Position numbers and translations under genes: made by a program. Below are positions 37,538 through 46,577 of a stretch of DNA of 64,000 bases, in pieces. The DNA is from a phage, in the sequence record PZ452594.1. One strand, written 5' to 3'. Every line of letters starts with the position of its first letter. Positions within the stretch are counted from its first letter, which is position 1. Below the pieces are notes generated by a model. The model did no database searches. It had not been told where the DNA came from and saw nothing but the letters and a program-made list of their open reading frames with translations.

Positions 37538-37624
37538 TGGTGGGGAGTGATGGAGTCGAACCACCCGAGTCGCAATGACAATGAATTTACAGTCCACACC
37601 GCTACCTCTACGGGATAACTCCCC
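37538..37624 (-). tRNA. tRNA-Tyr-like (anticodon GUA), type II, additional to the T4 set
   Basis: Perfect 7-bp acceptor GGGGAGT/ACTCCCC, T-arm GGTGG-TTCGACT-CCATC, loop CUGUAAA, variable hairpin, encoded CCA; D-arm non-canonical. Confidence 0.55.
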
Positions 37625-37633
37625 TAATTAATT

Positions 37634-37710
37634 TGGTGACCCAGACCAGATTTGAACTGGTAACCTTTCCCTTATGAGGGGACTGCTGCTAACCATTGAG
37701 CTACAGGGCC
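37634..37710 (-). tRNA. tRNA-Ile (anticodon CAU; could read as Met)
   Basis: Anticodon loop CUCAUAA, T-arm ACCAG-TTCAAAT-CTGGT, CCA encoded; D-stem irregular (TTAGCAGCAG). Confidence 0.65.
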
Positions 37711-37711
37711 T

Positions 37712-37787
37712 TGGTGCTGATTGACGGAATCGAACCGCCGACCTTCTCATTACAAGTGAGTTGCTCTACCTACTGAGCTAAATCAGC
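37712..37787 (-). tRNA. tRNA-Thr (anticodon UGU)
   Basis: Acceptor GCTGATT/AATCAGC, loop CUUGUAA, CCA encoded. Confidence 0.85.
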
Positions 37788-37789
37788 AA

Positions 37790-37876
37790 CGGAGGCGATA
37801 GGATTCGAACCTATGAATCGCCGGAGCGACTGCCGGTTTTCAAGACCGGTGCATTAAACCACTCTGCCACGCCTCC
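37790..37876 (-). tRNA. tRNA-Ser (anticodon UGA), type II
   Basis: Acceptor GGAGGCG/CGCCTCC, loop CUUGAAA, long variable arm; CCA not encoded. Confidence 0.85.
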
Positions 37877-37878
37877 AG

Positions 37879-37952
37879 TCTCCATACAAGGATTTGAACC
37901 TTGGACCTCCTGATCCCAAATCAGGCGCTCTACCAAACTGAGCTACACGGAG
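37879..37952 (-). tRNA. tRNA-Pro (anticodon UGG)
   Basis: Anticodon stem-loop CCTGA-TTTGGGA-TCAGG; abuts tRNA-Ser (dimeric precursor). Confidence 0.85.
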
Positions 37953-37962
37953 TAAATTAAAT

Positions 37963-38036
<74 letters not shown>

Positions 38037-38041
38037 AAATT

Positions 38042-38128
38042 TGGTGCGAGAAGTGGGACTCGAACCCACAAGGAAATCATTCCGCAGCATTTTAAGTGCT
38101 GTGCCTTTACCAATTTGACCATTCTCGC
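38042..38128 (-). tRNA. tRNA-Leu (anticodon UAA), type II
   Basis: GCGAGAATGGTCAAATTGGTAAAGGCACAGCACTTAAAATGCTG...; CCA encoded. Confidence 0.9.
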
Positions 38129-38129
38129 G

Positions 38130-38202
38130 CTGGGAATAAAGGACTCGAACCTTTGCATCCTGGAATCAAAATCCAGTGCCTTACCAACTTGGCTAATTCC
38201 CA
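38130..38202 (-). tRNA. tRNA-Gln (anticodon UUG)
   Basis: Anticodon stem-loop CTGGA-TTTTGAT-TCCAG; abuts tRNA-Leu. Confidence 0.85.
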
Positions 38203-38299
38203 ATTATTAACAAAGGCTCTCAAACAAGAACCCTTGATGATAGAGGGTATTAATCAGTGCGGTATGAGTTAATAATAACAAATAATTCTTAAAGCATAT

Positions 38300-38593
38300 T
38301 TACCATTTATGATGATACATACTTACGATGCATTCAAGACCCAAAGAATTCTTGAAAATATCATATTCAAGAGGACCTTTTTCTGTTTCGATAAAGAAAT
38401 CAAAATTTACTGTATTAAATTTACGGTCTTCCTTTACTAATTTAACTTGAGAAGATGAACGGTCAATGTAAACCTTTTCAACTTCAAAACATGTTAAAAT
38501 GCCATAATCATCGATCAAGGCTTTAGCTGCTTCTTGATCATATTTATATCCATTTTCAATGGATGATACTTTTGCATAAAGAATCATTATCAC
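38300..38593 (-). CDS. Hypothetical protein (97 aa)
   Basis: ORF in variable region between tRNAs and ipI. Confidence 0.45.
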   Translation of the reverse strand: MIMILYAKVSSIENGYKYDQEAAKALIDDYGILTCFEVEKVYIDRSSSQVKLVKEDRKFNTVNFDFFIETEKGPLEYDIFKNSLGLECIVSMYHHKW

Positions 38594-38970
38594 ACTCCGT
38601 AGTCTATCTTGACCAATCTACCTTTGTAGTAGCCAAAGTTCTTTGGAAAGGCATCATACTCAAAGAAATCACGGTCAAGCGTTCTACATTCATCACCATC
38701 AACATCATTATAGAGCTTTTGCAAATCAGATTTAAAAAGCTCCTTATCCTCAACTGGCTCTGCTTTGTGCATCACAACCATGAGACCAAATCTGTTTGAG
38801 TATGCTATTGGGCATAGGTGCTTGTTATCATACCCCTTCCACTGACCTTCTGTAAGATTGCTGAGCATACCCTGCACGAAGTGTTTCCATGTCTTGGGGA
38901 TAGGGAACTTAATAGCATACTTACGTGTTAGTAGTACCCATCTGGTTCCACCCGATTTAATTAATTTCAT
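38590..38970 (-). CDS. Hypothetical protein (126 aa)
   Basis: ORF, 4-nt overlap with neighbour. Confidence 0.45.
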   Translation of the reverse strand: MKLIKSGGTRWVLLTRKYAIKFPIPKTWKHFVQGMLSNLTEGQWKGYDNKHLCPIAYSNRFGLMVVMHKAEPVEDKELFKSDLQKLYNDVDGDECRTLDRDFFEYDAFPKNFGYYKGRLVKIDYGV

Positions 38971-39044
38971 AGTCTCAGCTACCTCAATATTAATTTAAGC
39001 AATATCATTCCTATAAGGTAATACTTTAGCATAAAGAATCATTG

Positions 39045-39455
39045 TCAGCCTCTATCAACGATAGCATGAGTATGGGCATTTACGATTTGCCACCAGTCGA
39101 AACGATTGGAACCATAATCTGGTTTATTTTCATTTTCTTTAATGATATCACGCAACTTATCTTCTGTTTCAGCATACGCAATTAAATCATCATATCCACC
39201 GCAAGGATAATAATTATCACCTGCGAATAAAAGAAAATTTACCTTAGATGGATTTACGTAATAATGGTCTTTAGGATATTTAGTTCCTCTCCAATCAGTT
39301 ACTTCAACATAACGGTAAGAAAATCCATTTTTACTTTCAATCCAACTCCACGCTTCAAAAGGAGTATTAAAAACTTTATCAGGTATTAAATTACCTTCAA
39401 AATGAGAAGGATTTGCATAATCCCCGGCATAAACATAATATTCGTTAATACTCAT
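39045..39455 (-). CDS. Hypothetical protein (136 aa)
   Basis: ORF. Confidence 0.45.
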   Translation of the reverse strand: MSINEYYVYAGDYANPSHFEGNLIPDKVFNTPFEAWSWIESKNGFSYRYVEVTDWRGTKYPKDHYYVNPSKVNFLLFAGDNYYPCGGYDDLIAYAETEDKLRDIIKENENKPDYGSNRFDWWQIVNAHTHAIVDRG

Positions 39456-39641
39456 TTATTCACCTTTAGAAATTTTATCCATAACGATAGCGATTAAACC
39501 AATTAAAAATGCTACTACAAGCGAAAACACATTTTCTGCTGTAGTTAATAATCCGCATATAAATCCAACAAACATTGAAAAACTAAAAGCGGAAGCAGAA
39601 ATTGCAATAGCAACATTTCGAATTAATTCACAACGTTTCAT
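39456..39641 (-). CDS. Small membrane protein (61 aa)
   Basis: Two hydrophobic helices; early promoter upstream. Confidence 0.4.
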   Translation of the reverse strand: MKRCELIRNVAIAISASAFSFSMFVGFICGLLTTAENVFSLVVAFLIGLIAIVMDKISKGE

Positions 39642-39660
39642 TTTATTCTCCTCGGTAGTT

Positions 39661-39690
39661 GATAGGGTAATAGTATCACTACCCTATCTA
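39661..39690 (-). promoter_or_regulatory. T4-type early promoter
   Basis: GTTTAC-N18-TACTAT; 23-bp block TGATAGGGTAATAGTATCACTAC repeated at 39959-39981. Confidence 0.5.
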
Positions 39691-39699
39691 AAAGTAAAC

Positions 39700-39933
39700 T
39701 TATTTTTTACGAAAAATTGATTTATATTTATCAGCCCATTTCTCAATGACTTTTGCCGGGCCATAGATAACAAAGTAATCGCCAAACTCTTCACCACCGA
39801 GTTGACCGAAATCATCTAATGCATCACGAAGAACTCCATGAGGCATTTCACCCATTTTATCTTTCTTGCCAGTGTAAATAAACTCAACTTTTACATCAGC
39901 AGTTTCAGCAATAAATTCTTGATACGTTTTCAT
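39700..39933 (-). CDS. ipI: Internal protein I-like capsid-packaged protein (variant)
   Basis: N-terminus MKTYQEFIAE (exact T4 CTS) from ATG at 39933; mature part unlike T4 IPI as recalled. Confidence 0.65.
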   Translation of the reverse strand: MKTYQEFIAETADVKVEFIYTGKKDKMGEMPHGVLRDALDDFGQLGGEEFGDYFVIYGPAKVIEKWADKYKSIFRKK

Positions 39934-39969
39934 TTTGTTCTCCAATTTCACATTTGTTTTGATAGGGTA

Positions 39970-39999
39970 ATAGTATCACTACTAAAACCCCATGTAAAC
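39970..39999 (-). promoter_or_regulatory. T4-type early promoter upstream of ipI-like gene
   Basis: GTTTAC-N18-TACTAT on minus strand. Confidence 0.5.
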
Positions 40000-40011
40000 A
40001 ACTTTGTGAAA

Positions 40012-40708
<697 letters not shown>

Positions 40709-40709
<1 letters not shown>

Positions 40710-41434
40710 TATAGTACCTTTAGTGTATTTTTAATTTTAGAAAAAAGTTCTTCAAGAGAACCATCGTTTGTAATTACTAAATCGCCATCACGAATTGGCA
40801 ATCCAGCTTCTGTAATATGTGTATCATTGGATTTTTGACCAGGACGAACTACATGAATTACTGTAGCACCCATCGCCCTAGCCGCATCCATTTCATGATC
40901 TTGACGAGTATCAGGAACGATATAATAATCATAACCTGAGTTAAATTTATCAAGATAATCTAAAGCAAATAATTTTACCCAGTACATGCGGTCGAAGTTA
41001 TTAACAATCAAATCCGTACCTAGGGCTTGCATCAGACGACGGACTGACCATTGATCTTCAATATTATTTATAACGTCAATAATCTTGTTAAATGCTACGG
41101 AATTAACTGATTCTTGTCCTTCGTCATCAAAAACAAACACACCCTTAATTGGGCTTTTACCGTTAAGATAGCAAAATGCTTGTTCCATAATCGTGATTAC
41201 TTCTGATTTAGTCAGATTTAAATTAGTCTCACGATCATAGTCAATTCCTTCAAACTCTTTACGAGTTAAGCAAGGATAGTCAGTGTTTTCTGCAAATACG
41301 CCCCATGCATAAGCCAATGCATCCTTAATAGGACCAGCAAGTTGGTATTTAACTGCAGAATAATTGCTCATGATAAAATCAGCAGTAGTATCTTTTCCAC
41401 TACGCTTTACACCGCTTAAAAAGATTAGTTTCAT
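40709..41434 (-). CDS. 1: Deoxynucleoside monophosphate kinase (gene 1)
   Basis: 241 aa from MKLIFLSG; P-loop GVKRSGKDT. Confidence 0.9.
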
Positions 41435-41483
41435 GTGTTTCTCCTCAAATTTAATTAAGATTATAACACACAAAACTGAAGCA

Positions 41484-42014
41484 TTAAACTTCTGCTATAA
41501 TTTTTCCATCTTTTTCTACTTGAAAATATGTGTAAGGAATCGTTGCAGTACATACTAAAGCCGGGTCTGAATCTTCTGTGTAGCTAAATTCTACTTCAGA
41601 TAGGTCAGAAACCCAAGGCTTATAAAAATTTATTGACATCACGATTTCAGTTTTGCTATTATCTAAGATGTAAAGCGTAATGTACTCAGGACCTGTTTTT
41701 TGGGCAGTATTTTCACCTGTAAGATAGTTGCTAGTTCCTAGCATCCATTCATACATTCCTATCCACGACTTAAGTTCTTCATCAACTATAAATCTCACAA
41801 TGAGTGGATCATACTCAAATGTAACACCTGGACGTTGTGCTCGGCCCAGTCCAAACGGCCCAGTCACGGTATCAGTAACAGGTATTCTAATTCCTGGAAT
41901 AGGAACTGACTGAGCATTTAAAGTAAAAGCAGATGTAGTATTACTATGTGGTATTGATACTACAAAGTTAGTTGTATTTGCTTGGTTAAAAATTTGTTGC
42001 AGAGCTTGCGACAT
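41484..42014 (-). CDS. 3: Tail completion / sheath stabiliser gp3
   Basis: 176 aa from internal ATG; T4 order 1-3-2-4. Confidence 0.7.
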   Translation of the reverse strand: MSQALQQIFNQANTTNFVVSIPHSNTTSAFTLNAQSVPIPGIRIPVTDTVTGPFGLGRAQRPGVTFEYDPLIVRFIVDEELKSWIGMYEWMLGTSNYLTGENTAQKTGPEYITLYILDNSKTEIVMSINFYKPWVSDLSEVEFSYTEDSDPALVCTATIPYTYFQVEKDGKIIAEV

Positions 42015-42120
42015 ATATTCCTCATAATGCTTTATAGTTGTTGGTGGTATAATGGGTCTAAGTCCCTTCCATTCAATTCCAATTAGAACAAACAACAGAA
42101 AAGAATGGAAGATAATAGAA

Positions 42121-42945
42121 TTAGATATTTGACCAGACTTTGTTTGCAGAGAAACGTTTTCCTTTTGAAACGAACTGCTGAAGTGGCATCAACACAACGT
42201 TCGCCCAGTCTTTCGGGGCGATTTCAACAAGGCTACCCATAATATTACCGGGTATATATGCCTTGATCATTTGGTCTGCACCCCTAAATCCTTTCACTTG
42301 ACTCCAATCAATTTTTAATTTCGTTTTATTAGTAATAGTAGGTGTATTTGAATATTGCTTTAAAAGCTCTTCTAGAAATTGCTGACGAGCTTTAGGTGGA
42401 ATATAGTGCAAGTTTAATCCGTACATTAAATTATGCTTACCTAAACCAAGGTAAATTATCAAAGGAAATTTATCCCAGTAAGGAAGAGTTTCCTTGTGTT
42501 TAGCATCATAAGCAAAAGCATATATTCGTCCCGGCTGCGGGCGAACAACTTTATGTCCTTTTACTTGCTTAATAGTTTCAGCAAACCATTTTCTGGTTTT
42601 ATTATTAATTGCTGCACCTTCATTACGAATTTTATCACGCAATGTTTGTCTGAATGAATTTATCATAAGCAGTTGTCTTTCTTGCTTATTGAGTTTATTC
42701 ATTGGTTTTGATTCAAGCTTTTGAATCTTTTCAGCCGTTTTAATTCCCGAAGCATATTTTGACATTGCCGAAGTAAACGTAGAGTATTTGATTCCTCTTT
42801 CTTCAGCAAATTGTTTTCCTGTCATTCCTTTTGCTTTGGCCTTTTTATATTCAAGACCTATTTGAATCCATTTCTTTTCGTTTAATGATTGCTTAACCTT
42901 TGGAACTTGGGGAGTGCTTTCATTAATTATTTGAAAAATAGCCAT
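42121..42945 (-). CDS. 2: DNA end-protector protein gp2
   Basis: 274 aa, T4 synteny and length. Confidence 0.75.
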   Translation of the reverse strand: MAIFQIINESTPQVPKVKQSLNEKKWIQIGLEYKKAKAKGMTGKQFAEERGIKYSTFTSAMSKYASGIKTAEKIQKLESKPMNKLNKQERQLLMINSFRQTLRDKIRNEGAAINNKTRKWFAETIKQVKGHKVVRPQPGRIYAFAYDAKHKETLPYWDKFPLIIYLGLGKHNLMYGLNLHYIPPKARQQFLEELLKQYSNTPTITNKTKLKIDWSQVKGFRGADQMIKAYIPGNIMGSLVEIAPKDWANVVLMPLQQFVSKGKRFSANKVWSNI

Positions 42946-43397
42946 TATGCCCCCTTAAAGCCAAGAGCTCGTAATCCATCTTCTGTTAGAATTCTAAATT
43001 TTATTCCACGCTTTTCAGCTAAAGCTTGCGCTGCTTTCCATTTGTCGGTATTAACGGAATATGTATAAATTTCATTCATAAATCTTTTCTTCGCTGCAGT
43101 TGTTAGATGTGCTGGTTTAACTGGTGGTTGTGTTTCTTTTTTAGGTTTTATTTCAATAAAAAATTCTTGTCCAGAAGAATCTTTCATCCAAATATCCATG
43201 AAGTATCTACGTTTTTTCCCTTCTGCATTACAAAAATAAGGAATTACTGCTGTTTCACTACCCCATGCAATAATTTCTGGATTTTTATCTAACCATTCAA
43301 AAAAGAATTTTTCCCAATTTGATCTATACGTAATTTTTTTAGGGTCACCTCTATACTTTGATATATTTTTAGGAACCCATTTTCCAGAATATGCCAT
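42945..43397 (-). CDS. 4: Head completion protein gp4
   Basis: 150 aa, T4 synteny and length. Confidence 0.75.
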   Translation of the reverse strand: MAYSGKWVPKNISKYRGDPKKITYRSNWEKFFFEWLDKNPEIIAWGSETAVIPYFCNAEGKKRRYFMDIWMKDSSGQEFFIEIKPKKETQPPVKPAHLTTAAKKRFMNEIYTYSVNTDKWKAAQALAEKRGIKFRILTEDGLRALGFKGA

Positions 43398-43408
43398 TGG
43401 ATTCTCCT

Positions 43409-43416
43409 TATAAATA
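43409..43416 (+). promoter_or_regulatory. Late promoter (TATAAATA) for gene 53
   Basis: Plus-strand TATAAATA 29 nt upstream of 53 start. Confidence 0.55.
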
Positions 43417-43423
43417 GATAATA

Positions 43424-43431
43424 TATTTATA
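43424..43431 (-). promoter_or_regulatory. Late promoter (TATAAATA) for gene 4, divergent from gene 53 promoter
   Basis: Minus-strand TATAAATA 27 nt upstream of gene 4 start. Confidence 0.55.
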
Positions 43432-43444
43432 AACAGGAGGGCCC

Positions 43445-44035
43445 ATGCTCTTTACATTTTTTGATCCGATTGAATATGCGGCCAAAACGGTGAATAAAAA
43501 CGCGCCGACTATTCCTATGACAGATATTTTTAGAAACTATAAAGACTATTTTAAACGCGCTCTTGCGGGATACCGCTTACGTACTTATTATATTAAAGGT
43601 TCACCACGCCCGGAAGAATTAGCAAATACTATATATGGAAATCCACAGTTGTATTGGGTTTTATTGATGTGTAATGATAATTATGACCCGTATTATGGAT
43701 GGATTACTTCGCAAGAAGCTGCTTATCAAGCATCTATACAAAAATACAAAAACGTAGGTGGAGACCAAATAGTATATCATGTAAATGAGAACGGTGAAAA
43801 ATTTTATAATTTAATATCATACGATGATAATCCATATGTTTGGTATGACAAAGGTGATAAAGCTAGAAAATATCCTCAATATGAAGGAGCACTTGCTGCG
43901 GTCGATACGTATGAAGCTGCTGTTCTTGAAAATGAAAAACTTCGTCAAATAAAAATAATAGCAAAATCAGACATTAATTCATTTATGAACGACCTTATAC
44001 GTATAATGGAGAAATCTTATGGAAATGATAAGTAA
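43445..44035 (+). CDS. 53: Baseplate wedge protein gp53
   Basis: 196 aa, T4 synteny and length. Confidence 0.85.
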   Translation: MLFTFFDPIEYAAKTVNKNAPTIPMTDIFRNYKDYFKRALAGYRLRTYYIKGSPRPEELANTIYGNPQLYWVLLMCNDNYDPYYGWITSQEAAYQASIQKYKNVGGDQIVYHVNENGEKFYNLISYDDNPYVWYDKGDKARKYPQYEGALAAVDTYEAAVLENEKLRQIKIIAKSDINSFMNDLIRIMEKSYGNDK

Positions 44036-45746
44036 TAACCTTAATTGGTTTGTTGGTGTTGTTGAAGATAGAATGGACCCATTAAAATTAGGTCGTGTTC
44101 GTGTTCGTGTTGTTGGTCTGCATCCACCTCAAAGAGCACAAGGTGATGTAATGGGTATTCCAACTGAAAAATTACCATGGATGTCAGTTATTCAACCTAT
44201 AACTTCTGCAGCAATGTCAGGAATTGGAGGTTCTGTTACTGGACCAGTAGAAGGAACTAGAGTTTATGGTCATTTTTTAGACAAATGGAAAACTAACGGA
44301 ATTGTCCTTGGCACGTATGGTGGAATAGTTCGCGAAAAACCGAATAGACTTGAAGGATTTTCTGATCCAACTGGACAATATCCTAGACGTTTAGGAAATG
44401 ATACTAACGTACTAAACCAAGGCGGTGATGTAGGATATGATTCCTCTTCTAATGTTATTCAAGATAGTAACTTAGACACTGCAATAAATCCTGATGATAG
44501 ACCACTATCAGAGATTCCAACTGATGATAATCCAAACATGTCAATGGCTGAAATGCTTCGCCGTGATGAAGGATTAAGACTAAAAGTTTATTGGGATACC
44601 GAAGGATATCCGACAATTGGTATTGGTCATCTTATCATGAAGCAGCCAGTTCGTGATATGGCTCAAATTAATAAAGTTTTATCAAAACAAGTTGGTCGTG
44701 AAATTACAGGAAATCCAGGTTCTATTACAATGGAAGAAGCGACGACTTTATTTGAGCGTGATTTGGCTGATATGCAACGTGATATTAAATCACATTCTAA
44801 AGTAGGACCAGTCTGGCAAGCTGTCAACCGTTCTCGCCAAATGGCATTAGAAAATATGGCATTTCAGATGGGTGTTGGCGGTGTAGCTAAATTTAACACA
44901 ATGTTAACTGCTATGTTAGCAGGAGATTGGGAAAAAGCATATAAAGCCGGTCGTGATTCATTGTGGTATCAACAAACAAAAGGCCGTGCATCCCGTGTTA
45001 CCATGATTATTCTTACGGGGAATTTGGAATCATATGGTGTTGAAGTGAAAACTCCAGCTAGGTCTTTATCGGCAATGGCTGCGACTGTAGCTAAATCTTC
45101 TGACCCTGCTGACCCTCCTATTCCGAATGATTCAAGAATTTTATTTAAAGAACCTGTTTCTTCATATAAAGGCGAATATCCTTATGTGCATACAATGGAA
45201 ACTGAAAGTGGACATATTCAGGAATTTGATGATACCCCTGGGCAAGAACGATATAGATTAGTTCATCCAACTGGAACTTATGAAGAAGTATCACCGTCAG
45301 GGAGAAGAACAAGAAAAACTGTTGATAATTTGTATGATATAACCAACGCTGATGGTAATTTTTTGGTAGCCGGTGATAAAAAGACTAACGTCGGTGGATC
45401 AGAAATTTATTACAACATGGATAATCGTCTTCACCAAATAGATGGAAGCAATACAATATTTGTACGTGGCGATGAAACTAAGACGGTTGAAGGTAATGGA
45501 ACTATCCTAGTCAAAGGTAATGTTACTATTGTAGTTGAAGGCAATGCTGACATTACAGTTAAAGGAGATGCTACCACTTTAGTTGAAGGTAATCAAACTA
45601 ATACAGTAAATGGAAATCTTTCTTGGAAAGTTGCTGGGACAGTTGATTGGGACGTTGGTGGTGATTGGACAGAAAAAATGGCATCTATGAGTTCTATTTC
45701 ATCTGGTCAATACACAATTGACGGATCGAGGATTGACATTGGCTAA
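44019..45746 (+). CDS. 5: Baseplate hub / cell-puncturing protein gp5 with lysozyme domain
   Basis: 575 aa; internal T4-lysozyme-like domain (MAEMLRRDEGLRLKVYWDTEGYPTIGIGHL); C-terminal VxGxxxxx beta-helix repeats. Confidence 0.95.
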   Translation: MEMISNNLNWFVGVVEDRMDPLKLGRVRVRVVGLHPPQRAQGDVMGIPTEKLPWMSVIQPITSAAMSGIGGSVTGPVEGTRVYGHFLDKWKTNGIVLGTYGGIVREKPNRLEGFSDPTGQYPRRLGNDTNVLNQGGDVGYDSSSNVIQDSNLDTAINPDDRPLSEIPTDDNPNMSMAEMLRRDEGLRLKVYWDTEGYPTIGIGHLIMKQPVRDMAQINKVLSKQVGREITGNPGSITMEEATTLFERDLADMQRDIKSHSKVGPVWQAVNRSRQMALENMAFQMGVGGVAKFNTMLTAMLAGDWEKAYKAGRDSLWYQQTKGRASRVTMIILTGNLESYGVEVKTPARSLSAMAATVAKSSDPADPPIPNDSRILFKEPVSSYKGEYPYVHTMETESGHIQEFDDTPGQERYRLVHPTGTYEEVSPSGRRTRKTVDNLYDITNADGNFLVAGDKKTNVGGSEIYYNMDNRLHQIDGSNTIFVRGDETKTVEGNGTILVKGNVTIVVEGNADITVKGDATTLVEGNQTNTVNGNLSWKVAGTVDWDVGGDWTEKMASMSSISSGQYTIDGSRIDIG

Positions 45747-45780
45747 TATACTTCCAATGAGCGCTGATTTAGGAGAATCC

Positions 45781-46275
45781 ATGGAAGGTTCTTCTATCGA
45801 CGTCACCTTTACCGCTCAATTAGAAACAGGTGAAACGTTAGTATCTATAAATATAACTAGTTACGAAGAAACTCCTGGGGTTTTAGTAGAAGAAAATCGC
45901 TTATATGGAACATATGAATCTGTGTTTGGATTTGGAAATGACGCGTTGAAATATCGTTTAGGTGATGAATTTAAAACTGCTGCTTCATGGGAAGAACTTC
46001 CTACTGATTCTGACACTCAGTTGTATTTGTGGAAAGCTCCTCAGAATCTCCAGAAGACATTCACTTACGAAGTAACATTAATATATGACTACCAAGAACA
46101 AAGTGAATCTGGAGGTTCTGGCAGTAATTCTAGGTCATCTTCTGATACTACCGAACCAACGGATCCTCCTGCTCCAATAAGAAAAACTCTCGTTAAAAAT
46201 TATACTAAAACTATAGTTGGAAATTGGAGTCGTTGGGCTAATAAACTGAGAAGCTACGTGTATGAGAGGCCATAA
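45781..46275 (+). CDS. Hypothetical protein downstream of gene 5 (5.1-like); start uncertain
   Basis: ORF; ATG at 45781 preceded by AGGAG. Confidence 0.5.
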
Positions 46276-46569
46276 ATGTCAGGATTAAGTTATGATAAGT
46301 GTGTTACTGCTGGCCATGAAGCGTGGCCTCCAACAGTTGTGAATGCTACACAAAGTAAAGTATTCACTGGAGGAATTGCTGTTCTCGTAGCAGGCGATCC
46401 AATTACAGAACATACAGAAATTAAAAAGCCATATGAAACACATGGCGGAGTGACACAACCCAGAACTTCTAAGGTATATGTCACTGGAAAGAAAGCTGTT
46501 CAAATGGCTGATCCAATATCATGCGGTGATACTGTGGCTCAGGCATCATCTAAAGTATTCATTAAATAG
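46276..46569 (+). CDS. 5.4: PAAR-repeat spike-tip protein gp5.4
   Basis: 97 aa, glycine-rich PAAR-like; position before gene 6. Confidence 0.8.
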
Positions 46570-46577
46570 GATTTAAA

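Noticed and set aside
36826-37599. ORF-track N-terminal extensions (segB to 37599, gene 1 to 41473, gp3 to 42095, ipI to 39951, gp11 from 55372, gp55 to 5970)
   Set aside because: The extensions start at non-ATG codons or overlap tRNA/promoter elements, and internal ATGs give the expected T4 protein lengths and conserved N-termini; shorter CDSs were annotated instead.
45430-45640. Periodic roughly 24-bp repeats (GTTGAAGGTAAT-like) resembling iterons or a short repeat array
   Set aside because: They lie inside gene 5 and encode the VxGxxxxx octapeptide repeats of the gp5 C-terminal beta-helix; the periodicity is protein-coding, with no spacer/repeat architecture of a CRISPR array.
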